From Alphaproteobacteria bacterium (GTDB lineage Bacteria > Pseudomonadota > Alphaproteobacteria > Rs-D84): a stretch of DNA of 64,000 nucleotides. The stretch is taken from contig JBMNPL010000001.1 of the NCBI GenBank assembly GCA_050943575.1, positions 23,336 through 87,335 of the forward strand. Reading direction: 5' to 3'. Positions 19,932 to 30,517 of the stretch are shown piece by piece. Position 1 is the first letter of the stretch. Each line of letters starts with the position of its first letter. The position numbers and the translations under genes were made by a program. The notes under the pieces are model-generated. The model saw only the letters and a program-made list of their open reading frames with translations. It had not been told where the DNA came from and made no database searches.

Positions 19932-20996
19932 ATGAAGATTTTAGATAGGTATCTATTAAAAAAAATTACCTCATTTTTTATAATGTTATTACTAGTTTTA
20001 ACTGGTCTTGCTTGGATGTTACAAATTTTAACAATGCTTAAGATACTAGTTCAAAATAATGTTAGCATGGGTGGTTTTTTAGGTCTAACTATGATGATGA
20101 TACCTTTTATTGCTACTCTTATCATCCCATTTGCTTTATTTATAGTTGTTATGTTTGTTTATAATCAATTAATTATAGATCGTGAAATAACTGTTATGGT
20201 TGGATCCGGTTTATCGCCCGCTAGGATAGCACGTCCTGCATTATTATTCACAGGTATCTTAACAATAATACATATTATTTTAAGTGTGTGGATTGTTCCT
20301 ATAACTCAAGAAAAATTTTATAAAAAGCAATGGGAAATGAGGTATGGACTAGCTCATCTAGCATTACAAGAATCATCTTTTAATGAATTAACAGATAATT
20401 TAGTAGTGTTTGTAAATAAAGTTAATGATAAAGATATTTCAGGTTTAATGTTGTTTGATAATCGTAATCCTAAAAATCAATTAGTTACATTGGCAGAAAA
20501 AGGAAAATTGATATCAACCACCCGAGGAATGTCTATTGTTATGGCAAATGGTTCTGTCCAAGCTTTTGGGGATTCATTTATAATCGGAACTTTTGATTCT
20601 TTTGATATGGATATGAATATATCAGATAAACAGACAAAACTCTCTTTTAAAACACGTCGTATTTCTACATCACAATTGATTAATATGGCAAGCAACCCGG
20701 GTGATTTAAAATCATCTGAATACAAACTATTAATGTCAGAGTTATCAAATCGGTTTTTAATGCCATTTATGAATTTAGTGTTTGTGTTAATTGCCACATT
20801 GGTTATGTTAAAAACATCACTTTTAAGAAGAAGAATTAGTTTGTCCCCATTAATTGCAACAACAAGTATGGCATTAGCTATGGGTTTATTTATGACTTTT
20901 TCTGGTATTATAGAATCGTTTTTTGGTTTGGTTATTTTAACAGTACTAGAATTTGTTCTTATAGGTATTTTAACTTTTGTTTTGTTAAGAAAATGA
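19932..20996 (+). CDS. LPS export ABC transporter permease, LptF/LptG (YjgP/YjgQ) family
   Basis: 354 aa polytopic membrane protein starting MKILDRYLLKKI... with the LptF/G periplasmic beta-jellyroll region. Only one copy in this window. Confidence 0.8.
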   Translation: MKILDRYLLKKITSFFIMLLLVLTGLAWMLQILTMLKILVQNNVSMGGFLGLTMMMIPFIATLIIPFALFIVVMFVYNQLIIDREITVMVGSGLSPARIARPALLFTGILTIIHIILSVWIVPITQEKFYKKQWEMRYGLAHLALQESSFNELTDNLVVFVNKVNDKDISGLMLFDNRNPKNQLVTLAEKGKLISTTRGMSIVMANGSVQAFGDSFIIGTFDSFDMDMNISDKQTKLSFKTRRISTSQLINMASNPGDLKSSEYKLLMSELSNRFLMPFMNLVFVLIATLVMLKTSLLRRRISLSPLIATTSMALAMGLFMTFSGIIESFFGLVILTVLEFVLIGILTFVLLRK

Positions 20997-23017
20997 AAAA
21001 AAAATATATATTTTTTATTTTAACTTTATTTTTTTATACAGTTGGTAATGCAACTAGTTTGGATACAAGTGCGCCAAAAACAATATCTGCACCAAAAATA
21101 GAATATAATATTGGTTCTAAATCAGTTAAGACAAGTGGAAATACAAGCATTACAAACCAAACAGGACAAAGTATAAGTTTAATAGATGCTTATTTAAGTG
21201 AAAAAAACTCCGAAATGTCAGGTAAAGAAGTTGCATTATATCTTACAAAACAGACGCGAATAACTTCTGAAAATATAGCGAAAAATGGAGATATAACAAC
21301 GGCGTTACATTTGACTTATACAACATGTGCAAATTGTGGAGACTCTGTAGATGCATGGATGATTTCCGCATCAAGATTAAAACATGAAGATTCAAAAATG
21401 AAGATAACTTTTTATAATCCAGTTTTATGGGTTTATAATGTCCCGCTTTTTTGGTTCCCAACTATGAGTTATCCTGATCCACGTGTAAAATACAAAAGTG
21501 GTTTTTTATTTCCATATTTAAATTCTACGAATAATATGGGAATGCAATTCAATTTACCTTTTTATATAAATTTTTCAGACAATCATGATGCTACTATTAC
21601 AGCAGCATATTTGACTAAAGAAAACATGTTATGGCAAATAGAACATCGTTTAAATATGGTGCGCTCTAATATGATAACAACTGGATCATATACACATAAT
21701 AAAACAAGTTTGGATAGATGGCATATTTTTAACAAAGACTTAATAGAACTTGGTGATAATGCACGTTTATATTTTTTCTTTGATAGAACATCAGACAAAA
21801 CATATTTACAACAATATGATTTTTATAATAATCAACCATATTTAGATTCAGGTGCACGTTTAGAAATGTTTACATCTAGAGGATATACAACCATGGATGC
21901 ACATTTTTTTCAAGAATTGCGAGTTTTAAATCATAATTATACAAATCCATCAGGTGATATATTACCTAATATTCATGGCGTTTATCAGACTAAACCAATA
22001 TTCGGAGATTCTTATTTTTTGTTTATGGGGGATATTTTAGGGATAAATAAAAATAATTCAGCCAGTCAAAGACTAATAGGGTCAGCTCAAGTAATATCAC
22101 CTTGGATATTGCCATTTGGTCAAAAATTAACACTTTCAACCTCTGTGCGATATGATGTTTACAATTTTATAGATACACCTATTTATGGTGTTTCAAATGA
22201 TTTTTCAGGAATTCGCACTCGTTTTTTACCATCAGGTTATGTTCAGTGGTCATTACCATTTATTAAAGGTGGGGATAATTGGACTCATATAATAGAACCA
22301 AAGACTAAATTAACAATACAACGTCGTTTAAAATCTTCCAGTTTTGTAAATATAGATTCAGCAGGTTCTTTACTTTCCGATGTTATGTTGTTTTCTGATA
22401 ACCGTTTATCTGGATATGATTTGTGGACTAATGGAAATTATGTAGATTATGGTATGGGTTGGACAGCTTTTTCTATAAACGATAAGCGTTCTGAGTTATT
22501 TGTAGGACAAAGTTATGACTTTTTTATTCCTGGTAAATTGGATCCAAATTCCGGGTTTCATAACGGGGCTTCAGATTATGTTGCGCGTGCCGCCTTTTAT
22601 TCTGATGAATCATTCAGTTTTTTAAATAGGTTTAGATTTGCTAATTCCGATTTAAGCTTACGTCATTTTGAATCAAATGTGCGTTTTGGGATTAAAGATT
22701 ATATTGAATTAGGGTATATCAGAGCAACACAATTTACAGATGCGCTGGTTTTAGATAGAGTAATAAGTGAAGCCGTTGTAGGTGGAAGTGTCAAAATTAC
22801 CGATAGACTTTCTTTTCGTACTCGTATAATTTATAATATATCTGATAGTGGTATACAGCATCTAAATACAGGTTTGTATTATGAACATCCATGTTATACT
22901 ATGTCTTTAGAATATTCCAAGGATGGGGCTGAACGTATTTATCCTGATGGCGAAAATTACTATGGTGGAACAAGATTAAGGTTTAAATTTGCATTAAAAA
23001 TCAATGAGGGAAAATAA
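20993..23017 (+). CDS. lptD: LPS-assembly protein LptD (OstA)
   Basis: 674 aa with signal peptide, OstA-like N-domain and large beta-rich C-domain. Conserved lptF/G-lptD-surA neighbourhood. Confidence 0.75.
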   Translation: MKKKYIFFILTLFFYTVGNATSLDTSAPKTISAPKIEYNIGSKSVKTSGNTSITNQTGQSISLIDAYLSEKNSEMSGKEVALYLTKQTRITSENIAKNGDITTALHLTYTTCANCGDSVDAWMISASRLKHEDSKMKITFYNPVLWVYNVPLFWFPTMSYPDPRVKYKSGFLFPYLNSTNNMGMQFNLPFYINFSDNHDATITAAYLTKENMLWQIEHRLNMVRSNMITTGSYTHNKTSLDRWHIFNKDLIELGDNARLYFFFDRTSDKTYLQQYDFYNNQPYLDSGARLEMFTSRGYTTMDAHFFQELRVLNHNYTNPSGDILPNIHGVYQTKPIFGDSYFLFMGDILGINKNNSASQRLIGSAQVISPWILPFGQKLTLSTSVRYDVYNFIDTPIYGVSNDFSGIRTRFLPSGYVQWSLPFIKGGDNWTHIIEPKTKLTIQRRLKSSSFVNIDSAGSLLSDVMLFSDNRLSGYDLWTNGNYVDYGMGWTAFSINDKRSELFVGQSYDFFIPGKLDPNSGFHNGASDYVARAAFYSDESFSFLNRFRFANSDLSLRHFESNVRFGIKDYIELGYIRATQFTDALVLDRVISEAVVGGSVKITDRLSFRTRIIYNISDSGIQHLNTGLYYEHPCYTMSLEYSKDGAERIYPDGENYYGGTRLRFKFALKINEGK

Positions 23018-23839
23018 ATGAGAAAAATACTTTTGTTTTTAATTTTATTTTTAGCACCTTATACATTAAATGCCGCTAGTGTTATTGCAACTATAAATGG
23101 AACCCCAATAACAGATGCGGATATAGATGCCAGGGTAAAATTAATGAACGCCCAAGGACATAGTTATATCGATAATCGTAGACGCGCACTAAATAACATT
23201 ATAGATGATAACGTAAAAATAAAACATGCTGAAAACTTTAAAATTATCCCGACAGATAGTGAGGTAAACAAACAGTTAAAACAAATGGGCTTATCTGGTT
23301 TATCTGAAACTGATCGAGAAATGGCAAGATTTGCTATACGTGCAGATATGGCATGGCAAATGATTATTGCACGTACAATAATCCCAACTATTGTTATATC
23401 CAAAGAAGAAATAGCAAATGAAGTGGCAGAAATTGAACGTGTTAAGGGGTTGCCATTAGAAATAACCTTCATTCGATTGTTAAACGTGCCAGAATCGGTT
23501 GCAAAAGTTTTAACTTCACCAAAAAATTGTGAAGATGCGATTCGTATGGCTGAAAATTTAGGTGGTTCCCCACAAAAATTAGTGTTGCCACAGTATGAAC
23601 TTTCAAGCGATATTCGCTCCCAAATGGCTGGTTTAGATCTTTTAAGATGGTCCGAAAAAAAAGACAATTCAATTATTTTAATTTGTAGCAAAAAGAAAAT
23701 GAAAGAATATGCCCAATTAGATGAAGTTTTAGAGCGTAATGCTATATGGAAAAAAGCCATGTTTCAAGGCGATCAACAATTAAAACAACTACGTAGAAAG
23801 GCGGTAGTTGTTATTATGGACAATAGGTATAAAATTTAA
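23018..23839 (+). CDS. SurA N-terminal domain-like periplasmic chaperone
   Basis: 273 aa with signal peptide. Position downstream of lptD and SurA-like N-terminal region. No clear parvulin PPIase domain. Confidence 0.5.
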   Translation: MRKILLFLILFLAPYTLNAASVIATINGTPITDADIDARVKLMNAQGHSYIDNRRRALNNIIDDNVKIKHAENFKIIPTDSEVNKQLKQMGLSGLSETDREMARFAIRADMAWQMIIARTIIPTIVISKEEIANEVAEIERVKGLPLEITFIRLLNVPESVAKVLTSPKNCEDAIRMAENLGGSPQKLVLPQYELSSDIRSQMAGLDLLRWSEKKDNSIILICSKKKMKEYAQLDEVLERNAIWKKAMFQGDQQLKQLRRKAVVVIMDNRYKI

Positions 23840-24900
23840 TGAAACAAGTTCTTTTTAACCTTACTCAACCTGAATTAGAAAAGTTTATAACAGATTTGGG
23901 ACAACCAAAATTCCGTACAAAGCAGATTTTAGAATGGCTCGCGCGTGGTGCCCCAGATTTTTTAGTAATGAAAAATTTACCAGAATCATTACGTATACAG
24001 CTGAACAAAATCGCGACCACCCTGCCCTGTAAAATAATACAAAAATTAACATCAATAGATGAACAAACAACCAAATTTTTGTTAAAATTATATGATGGCG
24101 AATTAATAGAATCAGTTTTAATGCGTACAAATTACGGTAATAGTGTATGTATTTCTAGTCAAGTTGGTTGCGCTATGGGGTGTAAATTCTGTGCTAGTAC
24201 ATTACTGGGATTAAAAAGAAACTTGACCACAAATGAAATGTTGGCTCAAGTTTTAATTTCACAATGGGTATTACGTGGCGCTGATAAAACACAAAAATCA
24301 AATGGTGACCCGAATAACAATGATGTGTCTCATGTGGTTGTTATGGGCACAGGTGAACCATTGCAAAATTTAGAAAACTTAAAAGGTTTTTTAGAACGTA
24401 TAAATTCCGAATTAAATATAGGTTGGCGACGTATAACAGTATCAACTTGTGGAATAGTTTCAGGGATTAATGAACTTATAAAATGGGGACGTCCGATAAA
24501 TTTGGCTATTTCTTTACATGCTGCCACTAATAGCACACGTAATGAATTAATGCCGATTAACAAAATATATAATTTAAATGAAGTTCTAGATGCCGCATTT
24601 CGATTTTCAGAAAAAACAGGTCGACAAATAATGATAGAATATATTTTACTAGCTAATAAAAACGATTCGGAACAAGATGCTGAAAATTTAATCAAATTAC
24701 TAAAAGGTAAAAATTGCATGGTTAATATAATTCCATGGAACACGGTTTCTGAACGTAATTTTATCGCACCCAGCACTAATATAATTCACAAATTTCAAAA
24801 TATATTATTAAAAAATAGTATTCATGTACGAATTCGCCGAGAACGTGGCGCTGATATTAATAGTGCTTGTGGACAATTACGAATAAATAATATTGTATAA
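23839..24900 (+). CDS. rlmN: 23S rRNA (adenine2503-C2)/tRNA methyltransferase RlmN, radical SAM
   Basis: 353 aa with radical-SAM CAMGCKFCAS motif and RlmN N-terminal region. Confidence 0.9.
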   Translation: MKQVLFNLTQPELEKFITDLGQPKFRTKQILEWLARGAPDFLVMKNLPESLRIQLNKIATTLPCKIIQKLTSIDEQTTKFLLKLYDGELIESVLMRTNYGNSVCISSQVGCAMGCKFCASTLLGLKRNLTTNEMLAQVLISQWVLRGADKTQKSNGDPNNNDVSHVVVMGTGEPLQNLENLKGFLERINSELNIGWRRITVSTCGIVSGINELIKWGRPINLAISLHAATNSTRNELMPINKIYNLNEVLDAAFRFSEKTGRQIMIEYILLANKNDSEQDAENLIKLLKGKNCMVNIIPWNTVSERNFIAPSTNIIHKFQNILLKNSIHVRIRRERGADINSACGQLRINNIV

Positions 24901-24990
24901 TCAATAACTTATCAATTATTTCTTGAGAAATAATTTTATTCTTGCCAAAATTATATATTTTAGGTATTTTTATAACGAAGGAAATAAAAA

Positions 24991-25776
24991 ATGGCAAAAA
25001 TAATCGCGTTTGCAAATCAAAAGGGTGGGGTTGGAAAAACAACAACCGCTATAAATATCGGTGCTTCTTTAGCCGCAATAAAACGCCGTGTTTTGTTAAT
25101 TGATCTAGATGCTCAAGGGAATGCTGGGACAGGTCTCGGGTTTGTTCGTGCATCGCATACACAAAATGTTTATAATGTAATTATGGGCTTAGATTCTGCA
25201 GCAAATAACATTCTTTCGACTGCTATACAAAATATGCATATTTTGCCCAGTAGTCAGCAATTATCCGGTGCAGAAGTAGAATTGTTAGATATAAATAATC
25301 GTGAATATCGACTACGTGATGCTTTGGTTCCGATTGTTGAACATTATGATTATATTTTGTTAGATTGTCCCCCTGCTCTAGGATTTTTAACATTAAACGC
25401 ATTAACTACAGCAGATTCTTTGATTGTTCCATTACAGTGTGAATTTTTTGCTTTGGAAGGTATTCAAAGTTTGATGGGGACTGTTAATGAAGTTCAAAAA
25501 AAATGGAATCAAGGTTTAGGTGTTTTAGGCATTGTTTTAACAATGTATGATCGGCGTTATGTATTAACCAAGGCCGTAGAAGAGGATGTTCGTAAAACTT
25601 TTGGCGAAAAAGTTTTTAAAACGGTTATTCCAAGAAACGTTAGGATTTCAGAGGCCCCAAGCCATGGGAAACCTGCTTTATTTTATGATTTTAATTCTCC
25701 TGGAGCTCAAGCTTATTTGCGTTTAGCATCCGAGATTGTAAATATTTGTGGTGACAAGGGAGGTATAAATGTCTAA
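24991..25776 (+). CDS. parA: chromosome partitioning ATPase ParA/Soj
   Basis: 261 aa with deviant Walker A KGGVGKTTTA. Confidence 0.9.
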   Translation: MAKIIAFANQKGGVGKTTTAINIGASLAAIKRRVLLIDLDAQGNAGTGLGFVRASHTQNVYNVIMGLDSAANNILSTAIQNMHILPSSQQLSGAEVELLDINNREYRLRDALVPIVEHYDYILLDCPPALGFLTLNALTTADSLIVPLQCEFFALEGIQSLMGTVNEVQKKWNQGLGVLGIVLTMYDRRYVLTKAVEEDVRKTFGEKVFKTVIPRNVRISEAPSHGKPALFYDFNSPGAQAYLRLASEIVNICGDKGGINV

Positions 25777-26641
25777 ATTTGGATTAGGTCGCGGATTAGC
25801 TGATTTGCAAAAAGAAATGGGTATAATGCCTGAAATATCTGTTTTATCCGGTGTGGAAAGAGTTGTTGTTCGTAATATTCCGATTGTGGCAATAAAGCCA
25901 AATCCAAATCAGCCAAGAAAATCATTTGCACCTCAGGAATTAGAAGAGTTAGCAAATTCAATACGTGAAAAAGGTGTTTTGCAACCGATTTTAATTCGCA
26001 GTATTACAGATAAAAACAACCAATATGAAATTATCGCTGGTGAACGTCGTTGGCGTGCCAGTAAAATGGCAGGATTGGCTGAAATACCAGCATTAGTGAA
26101 AAAATTAGATGAGATTGGCGCAGCTGAAATAGCCTTGATAGAAAACGTCCAGCGGACAGATTTAAACGCGATAGAAGAAGCTGTAGCATATGAAAATTTG
26201 ATGGAAAAGGCTGGTTATTCGCATGAAGATATATCTCGTTTAATTGGCAAATCAATTAGTTATTTGCGTAATATTTTACGTTTATCTACATTACCAAAAT
26301 CTGTTAAACAGATGGTGATAGATGGAAGGTTGTCTGCCACACATGCAAGAACTTTAGCTGTTGCAGATAATCCAGAATTATTAGCAAAAAAAATACTTAC
26401 TGAAAATTTATCTGTAAAAGAAACAGAAAATTTAGTTAAAAAATCAAAAAGAAGTGATAAAAGCAGATCATTTTCTGGAAATAGTCAAAATTTGATAGAA
26501 ATACAAAAGCTTGAAAAACAGATTAAAAAAAATATAGGTGTTTCTACAAAGATATTAATAAAAAGAAATGGCTCAGGGAGATTAGTTTTGAGTTTTGCTA
26601 ATCGTGCTGAATTTGAAAAAATAATAGGTAAATTACAATGA
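25769..26641 (+). CDS. parB: chromosome partitioning protein ParB/Spo0J
   Basis: 290 aa with ParB box IIAGERRWRAS and HTH. Confidence 0.9.
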   Translation: MSKFGLGRGLADLQKEMGIMPEISVLSGVERVVVRNIPIVAIKPNPNQPRKSFAPQELEELANSIREKGVLQPILIRSITDKNNQYEIIAGERRWRASKMAGLAEIPALVKKLDEIGAAEIALIENVQRTDLNAIEEAVAYENLMEKAGYSHEDISRLIGKSISYLRNILRLSTLPKSVKQMVIDGRLSATHARTLAVADNPELLAKKILTENLSVKETENLVKKSKRSDKSRSFSGNSQNLIEIQKLEKQIKKNIGVSTKILIKRNGSGRLVLSFANRAEFEKIIGKLQ

Positions 26642-27534
26642 AAGTCGGAATAATTGGTGCTGGCGCTTGGGGAACAGCATTAGCAAATATAGTAGCACAT
26701 TCTGGTAATCAGGTTGTTTTATGGTCGCATAATAATAAAAATGAGATTAATAAAAAACGTCGAAATTTTAGGTTACCTGGAGTTATTATTTCGCAAGAAA
26801 TAGTTGTGACAGATAAAATAATAGATATTTCCAAGACTGATATTTGGTTATTAGCCACCCCAACAAAATTTTTTAAAAACACAGTTAAAAAGTGTCAGTC
26901 TTTTTGGAATAAACAACCTATAATTATTTGTTCTAAAGGAATAGAACCAAAATCAGGCAAGTTATTATCAGAGGTTGTGAATGATATTATTAAAGGGTCT
27001 GAAAAGTATATTGGTATACTGTCTGGGCCACAATTTGCACATGAGGTGGCGTTGGGAAAATTAACTGGTAGTACAATTGCTGGTAGCGCAAATGTTCGAA
27101 AACTAGCACATTTTGCATTAAAAGAATTTTATTTAGAAGATTCTTCTGATATTAATGGTGTGCAAATTTGTGGTGCTGGGAAAAATGCGATTGCTATATT
27201 GTTGGGATATTTAGATGGTATTAATGCAGGAGAAAATGAGAGAGCATTAAAATTGACATTGGTCTGGCAAGAAATTATACAATTTGGCCGGCTTTTTGGG
27301 GCAAATATAAAAACTTTTAATATGCTTTGTGGTATTGGGGATTTATTTTTAACAGCATCAAGTAAAACTAGTCGTAATTATTCAGCAGGACTATCCATCG
27401 CAAAAAAAGAAAAAATAAAAGGTACTGTTGAAGGTGTTGCGGCATTAAAATGGATTGTAAAAATTTCTAATTCTAATAATTTAGATTTAAAAATTTTGAA
27501 AGATTTTTATAAATCGAATTCATTATTTTTTTAA
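26638..27534 (+). CDS. gpsA: NAD(P)H-dependent glycerol-3-phosphate dehydrogenase
   Basis: 298 aa with Rossmann fold MKVGIIGAGAWGTALA. Confidence 0.85.
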   Translation: MKVGIIGAGAWGTALANIVAHSGNQVVLWSHNNKNEINKKRRNFRLPGVIISQEIVVTDKIIDISKTDIWLLATPTKFFKNTVKKCQSFWNKQPIIICSKGIEPKSGKLLSEVVNDIIKGSEKYIGILSGPQFAHEVALGKLTGSTIAGSANVRKLAHFALKEFYLEDSSDINGVQICGAGKNAIAILLGYLDGINAGENERALKLTLVWQEIIQFGRLFGANIKTFNMLCGIGDLFLTASSKTSRNYSAGLSIAKKEKIKGTVEGVAALKWIVKISNSNNLDLKILKDFYKSNSLFF

Positions 27535-27644
27535 TATGTTTTTATTTGAGAAGTATTTATATAAATTCATAATAAACAAATCAAAAATCTTATTAAAAAT
27601 AATTTTTATAAATATAATTTAGTCATATAATTTTTAATTATGAT

Positions 27645-28232
27645 CTAATTTGATTTTATATTATAAATATTTATAATAAAACCATCACCAGTTTTTGATG
27701 AAATCAAACGATAATTAAACTTATATTTTTTTCGCGCCTCAATAATTTCTTCTTGGATTTTCGCGCCTTTTAATAAATATGCAGATGTTGCAAATGCGGC
27801 AATATAATCCAGTATGTTTTTTAGTGATGAAAAAGCTCTGGCTGTAAAAATAATTTTTTTTGAAGGGTTGAATTTTGTTTGTTTTAAGTATATTTCAACT
27901 CTTTCATTTACTATAGTTAAATTTGGTAAAGCTAATTTTGATTTTACTTCATTTAAAAATCGAGTTTTTTTACTAATTGATTCAATAGCGATAACTTGCC
28001 ACCCTAAGATAGCTAAAACAACAGATGGGAAACCTGCCCCGCTACCTAGGTCTATAATAATTATATTTTTGGATTTAGGTAAATAGTCAGCAAGTTGGGC
28101 AGAATCATCGATGTGTCTGTTTTGTATATTATCTAGTGTACTAGATGCAATTAAATTCATTTTTGTCTGCCATTCTCGCAGAATTTGTGAATATAAATCA
28201 AATTTTTCTTGTATTTCTGGTTCGTATTTCAT
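27645..28232 (-). CDS. rsmG: 16S rRNA (guanine527-N7)-methyltransferase RsmG (GidB)
   Basis: 195 aa with SAM motif IIDLGSGAGFPSVVLAIL. Confidence 0.85.
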   Translation of the reverse strand: MKYEPEIQEKFDLYSQILREWQTKMNLIASSTLDNIQNRHIDDSAQLADYLPKSKNIIIIDLGSGAGFPSVVLAILGWQVIAIESISKKTRFLNEVKSKLALPNLTIVNERVEIYLKQTKFNPSKKIIFTARAFSSLKNILDYIAAFATSAYLLKGAKIQEEIIEARKKYKFNYRLISSKTGDGFIINIYNIKSN

Positions 28233-28246
28233 AAACTGATTATACT

Positions 28247-29893
28247 ATGAAAATATTAAGAAACCAAAAAAAATCATTTACTATTGCTAGTACTATATTA
28301 ATAGTCAGTCTAGTTGTTTTGGGTGTTGTTCTTTGGGGACAATTACAAAATAATGATAGTTCTGAATTATATATATATCCAGAAAGCGAATTTGGAAATT
28401 ACTTAGCTATAAAGCACGCTATCTGGGTTGATGATTTTGATTCTGTTATAAATCTTTCAAATCGTTTAAAGGCTTCTGGTGTATCGTCAGTTCAAGTTGA
28501 TGTGGCTATAGGACGATTTTTATCAGGAGATTTTGATTATTCCGCAAAAGTATTATCAGGTGAAAAAACATTACCTGCACGAATCGCTTATACAACATCT
28601 TTATTAAAATTAGATGACTGGGATAAGGTTTATAATCTTTTTTCTAAAGATAGTTCACAAATTTTAGTGCCGTTAAGAATTTGGTCAGCTGTTGCTATAG
28701 GTAAAGAATCTGAAGCGCTTAAAATTATAAATAAAACAAATGCGTCTGAGAGTTGGAAATTATTTGCTCGTGGAATGGTTTATGCTGAAACTAAGCGTCC
28801 AAATAAAGCTAAAGAGTGTTTTGATCAAATACCATTAGAATTTTTTAATTTGAATGACTACTTGTATTTACTAGGTTTTTATGAGCAAAATGGCTTTAAT
28901 GTAGCTGCCCAAGAACTGTTTAAAGATTTTTCTGCCACACCGGGTGGCGCACTGATTCGTTCTTATAAAATAAGAAACATATATTCAGTAGGAATAAAAA
29001 AAGCATTGAGTTTCGGGCTTATTCAGAATGTTTCACACACGCCCTCAATGTCTTATTCTGGTGCATCGCTTATATTAATGCGTTTAGCACAGTCTTTAAA
29101 CAGTGGTGATAATGATGCTATTAATTATCATTTAGGAATGTATTTTTATACTTCTGGCTCCAAAGAGTATTTAAAATGTTTTTCAAATATAAATTCTGAT
29201 AGTGTTTATTATTTGTTTGCAATGATGAAAAACGCCGAAATTGCTGGTAATTTTAATAAAATGCGGAAAAATTTAAAAGCGATTCTTAAAAAGAATCCTT
29301 ATTTTATGCCGGCTTTACAAAAGTTAATTGCGATAAATTTACAAAAAGGCCGGTATAATGATGCGTTAGGTACTGTTAATAAAATATTAAAATTTTCAGA
29401 TTTATCCGAAAATGGATCTGAAAAAATAAAATCACACTTGTTGCTTATGAGGGCACGAGTATATTTTGCAATGGGTAAATTTGATAAAGCTCAAAGCGAT
29501 ATTTTAAAAGCGGGCGATTTAACCCCACAAAATCCAAATGTTTTGTTAGATATGGCAAAATTATTTGCAGCAAAAAAGGAAAATTTAGATAAGGCCTATT
29601 TATATACGACGGCTGTTATAAAGGATTCCCCATCAAATATTGATGCTTGGGATACTTTTTCTATGGTTGTTTGGGCTAAAGAAGGTGCATTTTCCGCATC
29701 TGAAATTTTGGAAAGAGTAGGGCGTGTTGCAAACGAAAATTCCGCATTGTTTCAACATTTGGGTGATGTTCGTGTTGAATTAGGTAATAAGGTTGGTGCG
29801 ATTGAAGCTTATCAGCGCGCATTAAGTTTATCCGAAGATGGTTTATCTTGTGGTGAAAGATGTCTTAAAAAGAAAATTAGAAGATTAAAATAA
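28247..29893 (+). CDS. membrane-anchored tetratricopeptide (TPR) repeat protein
   Basis: 548 aa with N-terminal TM helix followed by multiple TPR-like helical repeats. Confidence 0.55.
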   Translation: MKILRNQKKSFTIASTILIVSLVVLGVVLWGQLQNNDSSELYIYPESEFGNYLAIKHAIWVDDFDSVINLSNRLKASGVSSVQVDVAIGRFLSGDFDYSAKVLSGEKTLPARIAYTTSLLKLDDWDKVYNLFSKDSSQILVPLRIWSAVAIGKESEALKIINKTNASESWKLFARGMVYAETKRPNKAKECFDQIPLEFFNLNDYLYLLGFYEQNGFNVAAQELFKDFSATPGGALIRSYKIRNIYSVGIKKALSFGLIQNVSHTPSMSYSGASLILMRLAQSLNSGDNDAINYHLGMYFYTSGSKEYLKCFSNINSDSVYYLFAMMKNAEIAGNFNKMRKNLKAILKKNPYFMPALQKLIAINLQKGRYNDALGTVNKILKFSDLSENGSEKIKSHLLLMRARVYFAMGKFDKAQSDILKAGDLTPQNPNVLLDMAKLFAAKKENLDKAYLYTTAVIKDSPSNIDAWDTFSMVVWAKEGAFSASEILERVGRVANENSALFQHLGDVRVELGNKVGAIEAYQRALSLSEDGLSCGERCLKKKIRRLK

Positions 29894-29932
29894 TTTGCAA
29901 TTGTATATTAGTTTGTTATAATCTTTTCCGCT

Positions 29933-30009
29933 GGACGCGTAGCTCAGTTGGTTAGAGTATCTCCTTGACATGGAGGGGGTCGGAAGTTCGAGTCTTCTCG
30001 CGTCCACCA
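29933..30009 (+). tRNA. tRNA-Val (anticodon GAC)
   Basis: GGACGCG acceptor, TAGCTCAGTTGGTTAGAG D-arm, anticodon loop TTGACAT, GTTCGAGTC T-arm, CCA end. Closely matches E. coli tRNA-Val(GAC). Confidence 0.85.
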
Positions 30010-30018
30010 ATTAAGTTG

Positions 30019-30414
30019 TTAAATAACTTTTTCGAAATTTTCGCACAATAAATATTGTTTAATATTTCCCATTGTTCCAAAAACACGACAAATGTTTGGT
30101 CTTTTGTCATAACATAGGCATAATGTTTTTTTATCATACTTATTTTTTATTAAAAATGGGCAAGGTATATCTTTATGATGTACTAAAGAATTGTAATCAC
30201 TCAATCGATCTATTTGTTCTTGATAATTTTTATTATATGGTAAATAAAATATTTCTGTAATATTTTTACTACGCTGTAAAGGTAGCTTTTTCCACATTAT
30301 CCCTAATTTTCTGGCAATCTTTTTTACAGAATCCCTCTCAGATGCGGTAAAAGCAACTGAACAACAACATTCACCACAATTTTTACAACTCATAATTTCA
30401 CCTTTTATAGACAA
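30019..30414 (-). CDS. YkgJ-family cysteine-cluster protein (CxxCxxCC)
   Basis: 131 aa with CKNCGECC motif typical of the UPF0153/YkgJ family. Confidence 0.65.
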   Translation of the reverse strand: MSIKGEIMSCKNCGECCCSVAFTASERDSVKKIARKLGIMWKKLPLQRSKNITEIFYLPYNKNYQEQIDRLSDYNSLVHHKDIPCPFLIKNKYDKKTLCLCYDKRPNICRVFGTMGNIKQYLLCENFEKVI

Positions 30415-30517
30415 ATATATTAAAAAATTATACTTTTGTCAATAATATATAGTTAAATGGTTGAATTTTGATAAATATTCGATATACTTATTTATTAAAG
30501 CAAAAATGAGAATAAAA

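Noticed and set aside
20477-21798. Minus-strand ORFs inside lptF/G and lptD
   Set aside because: Embedded antisense ORFs with no start signals.
23164-24776. Minus-strand ORFs (198, 148, 81, 69, 67 aa) inside the surA-like gene and rlmN
   Set aside because: Antisense to confidently called genes. No conserved motifs.
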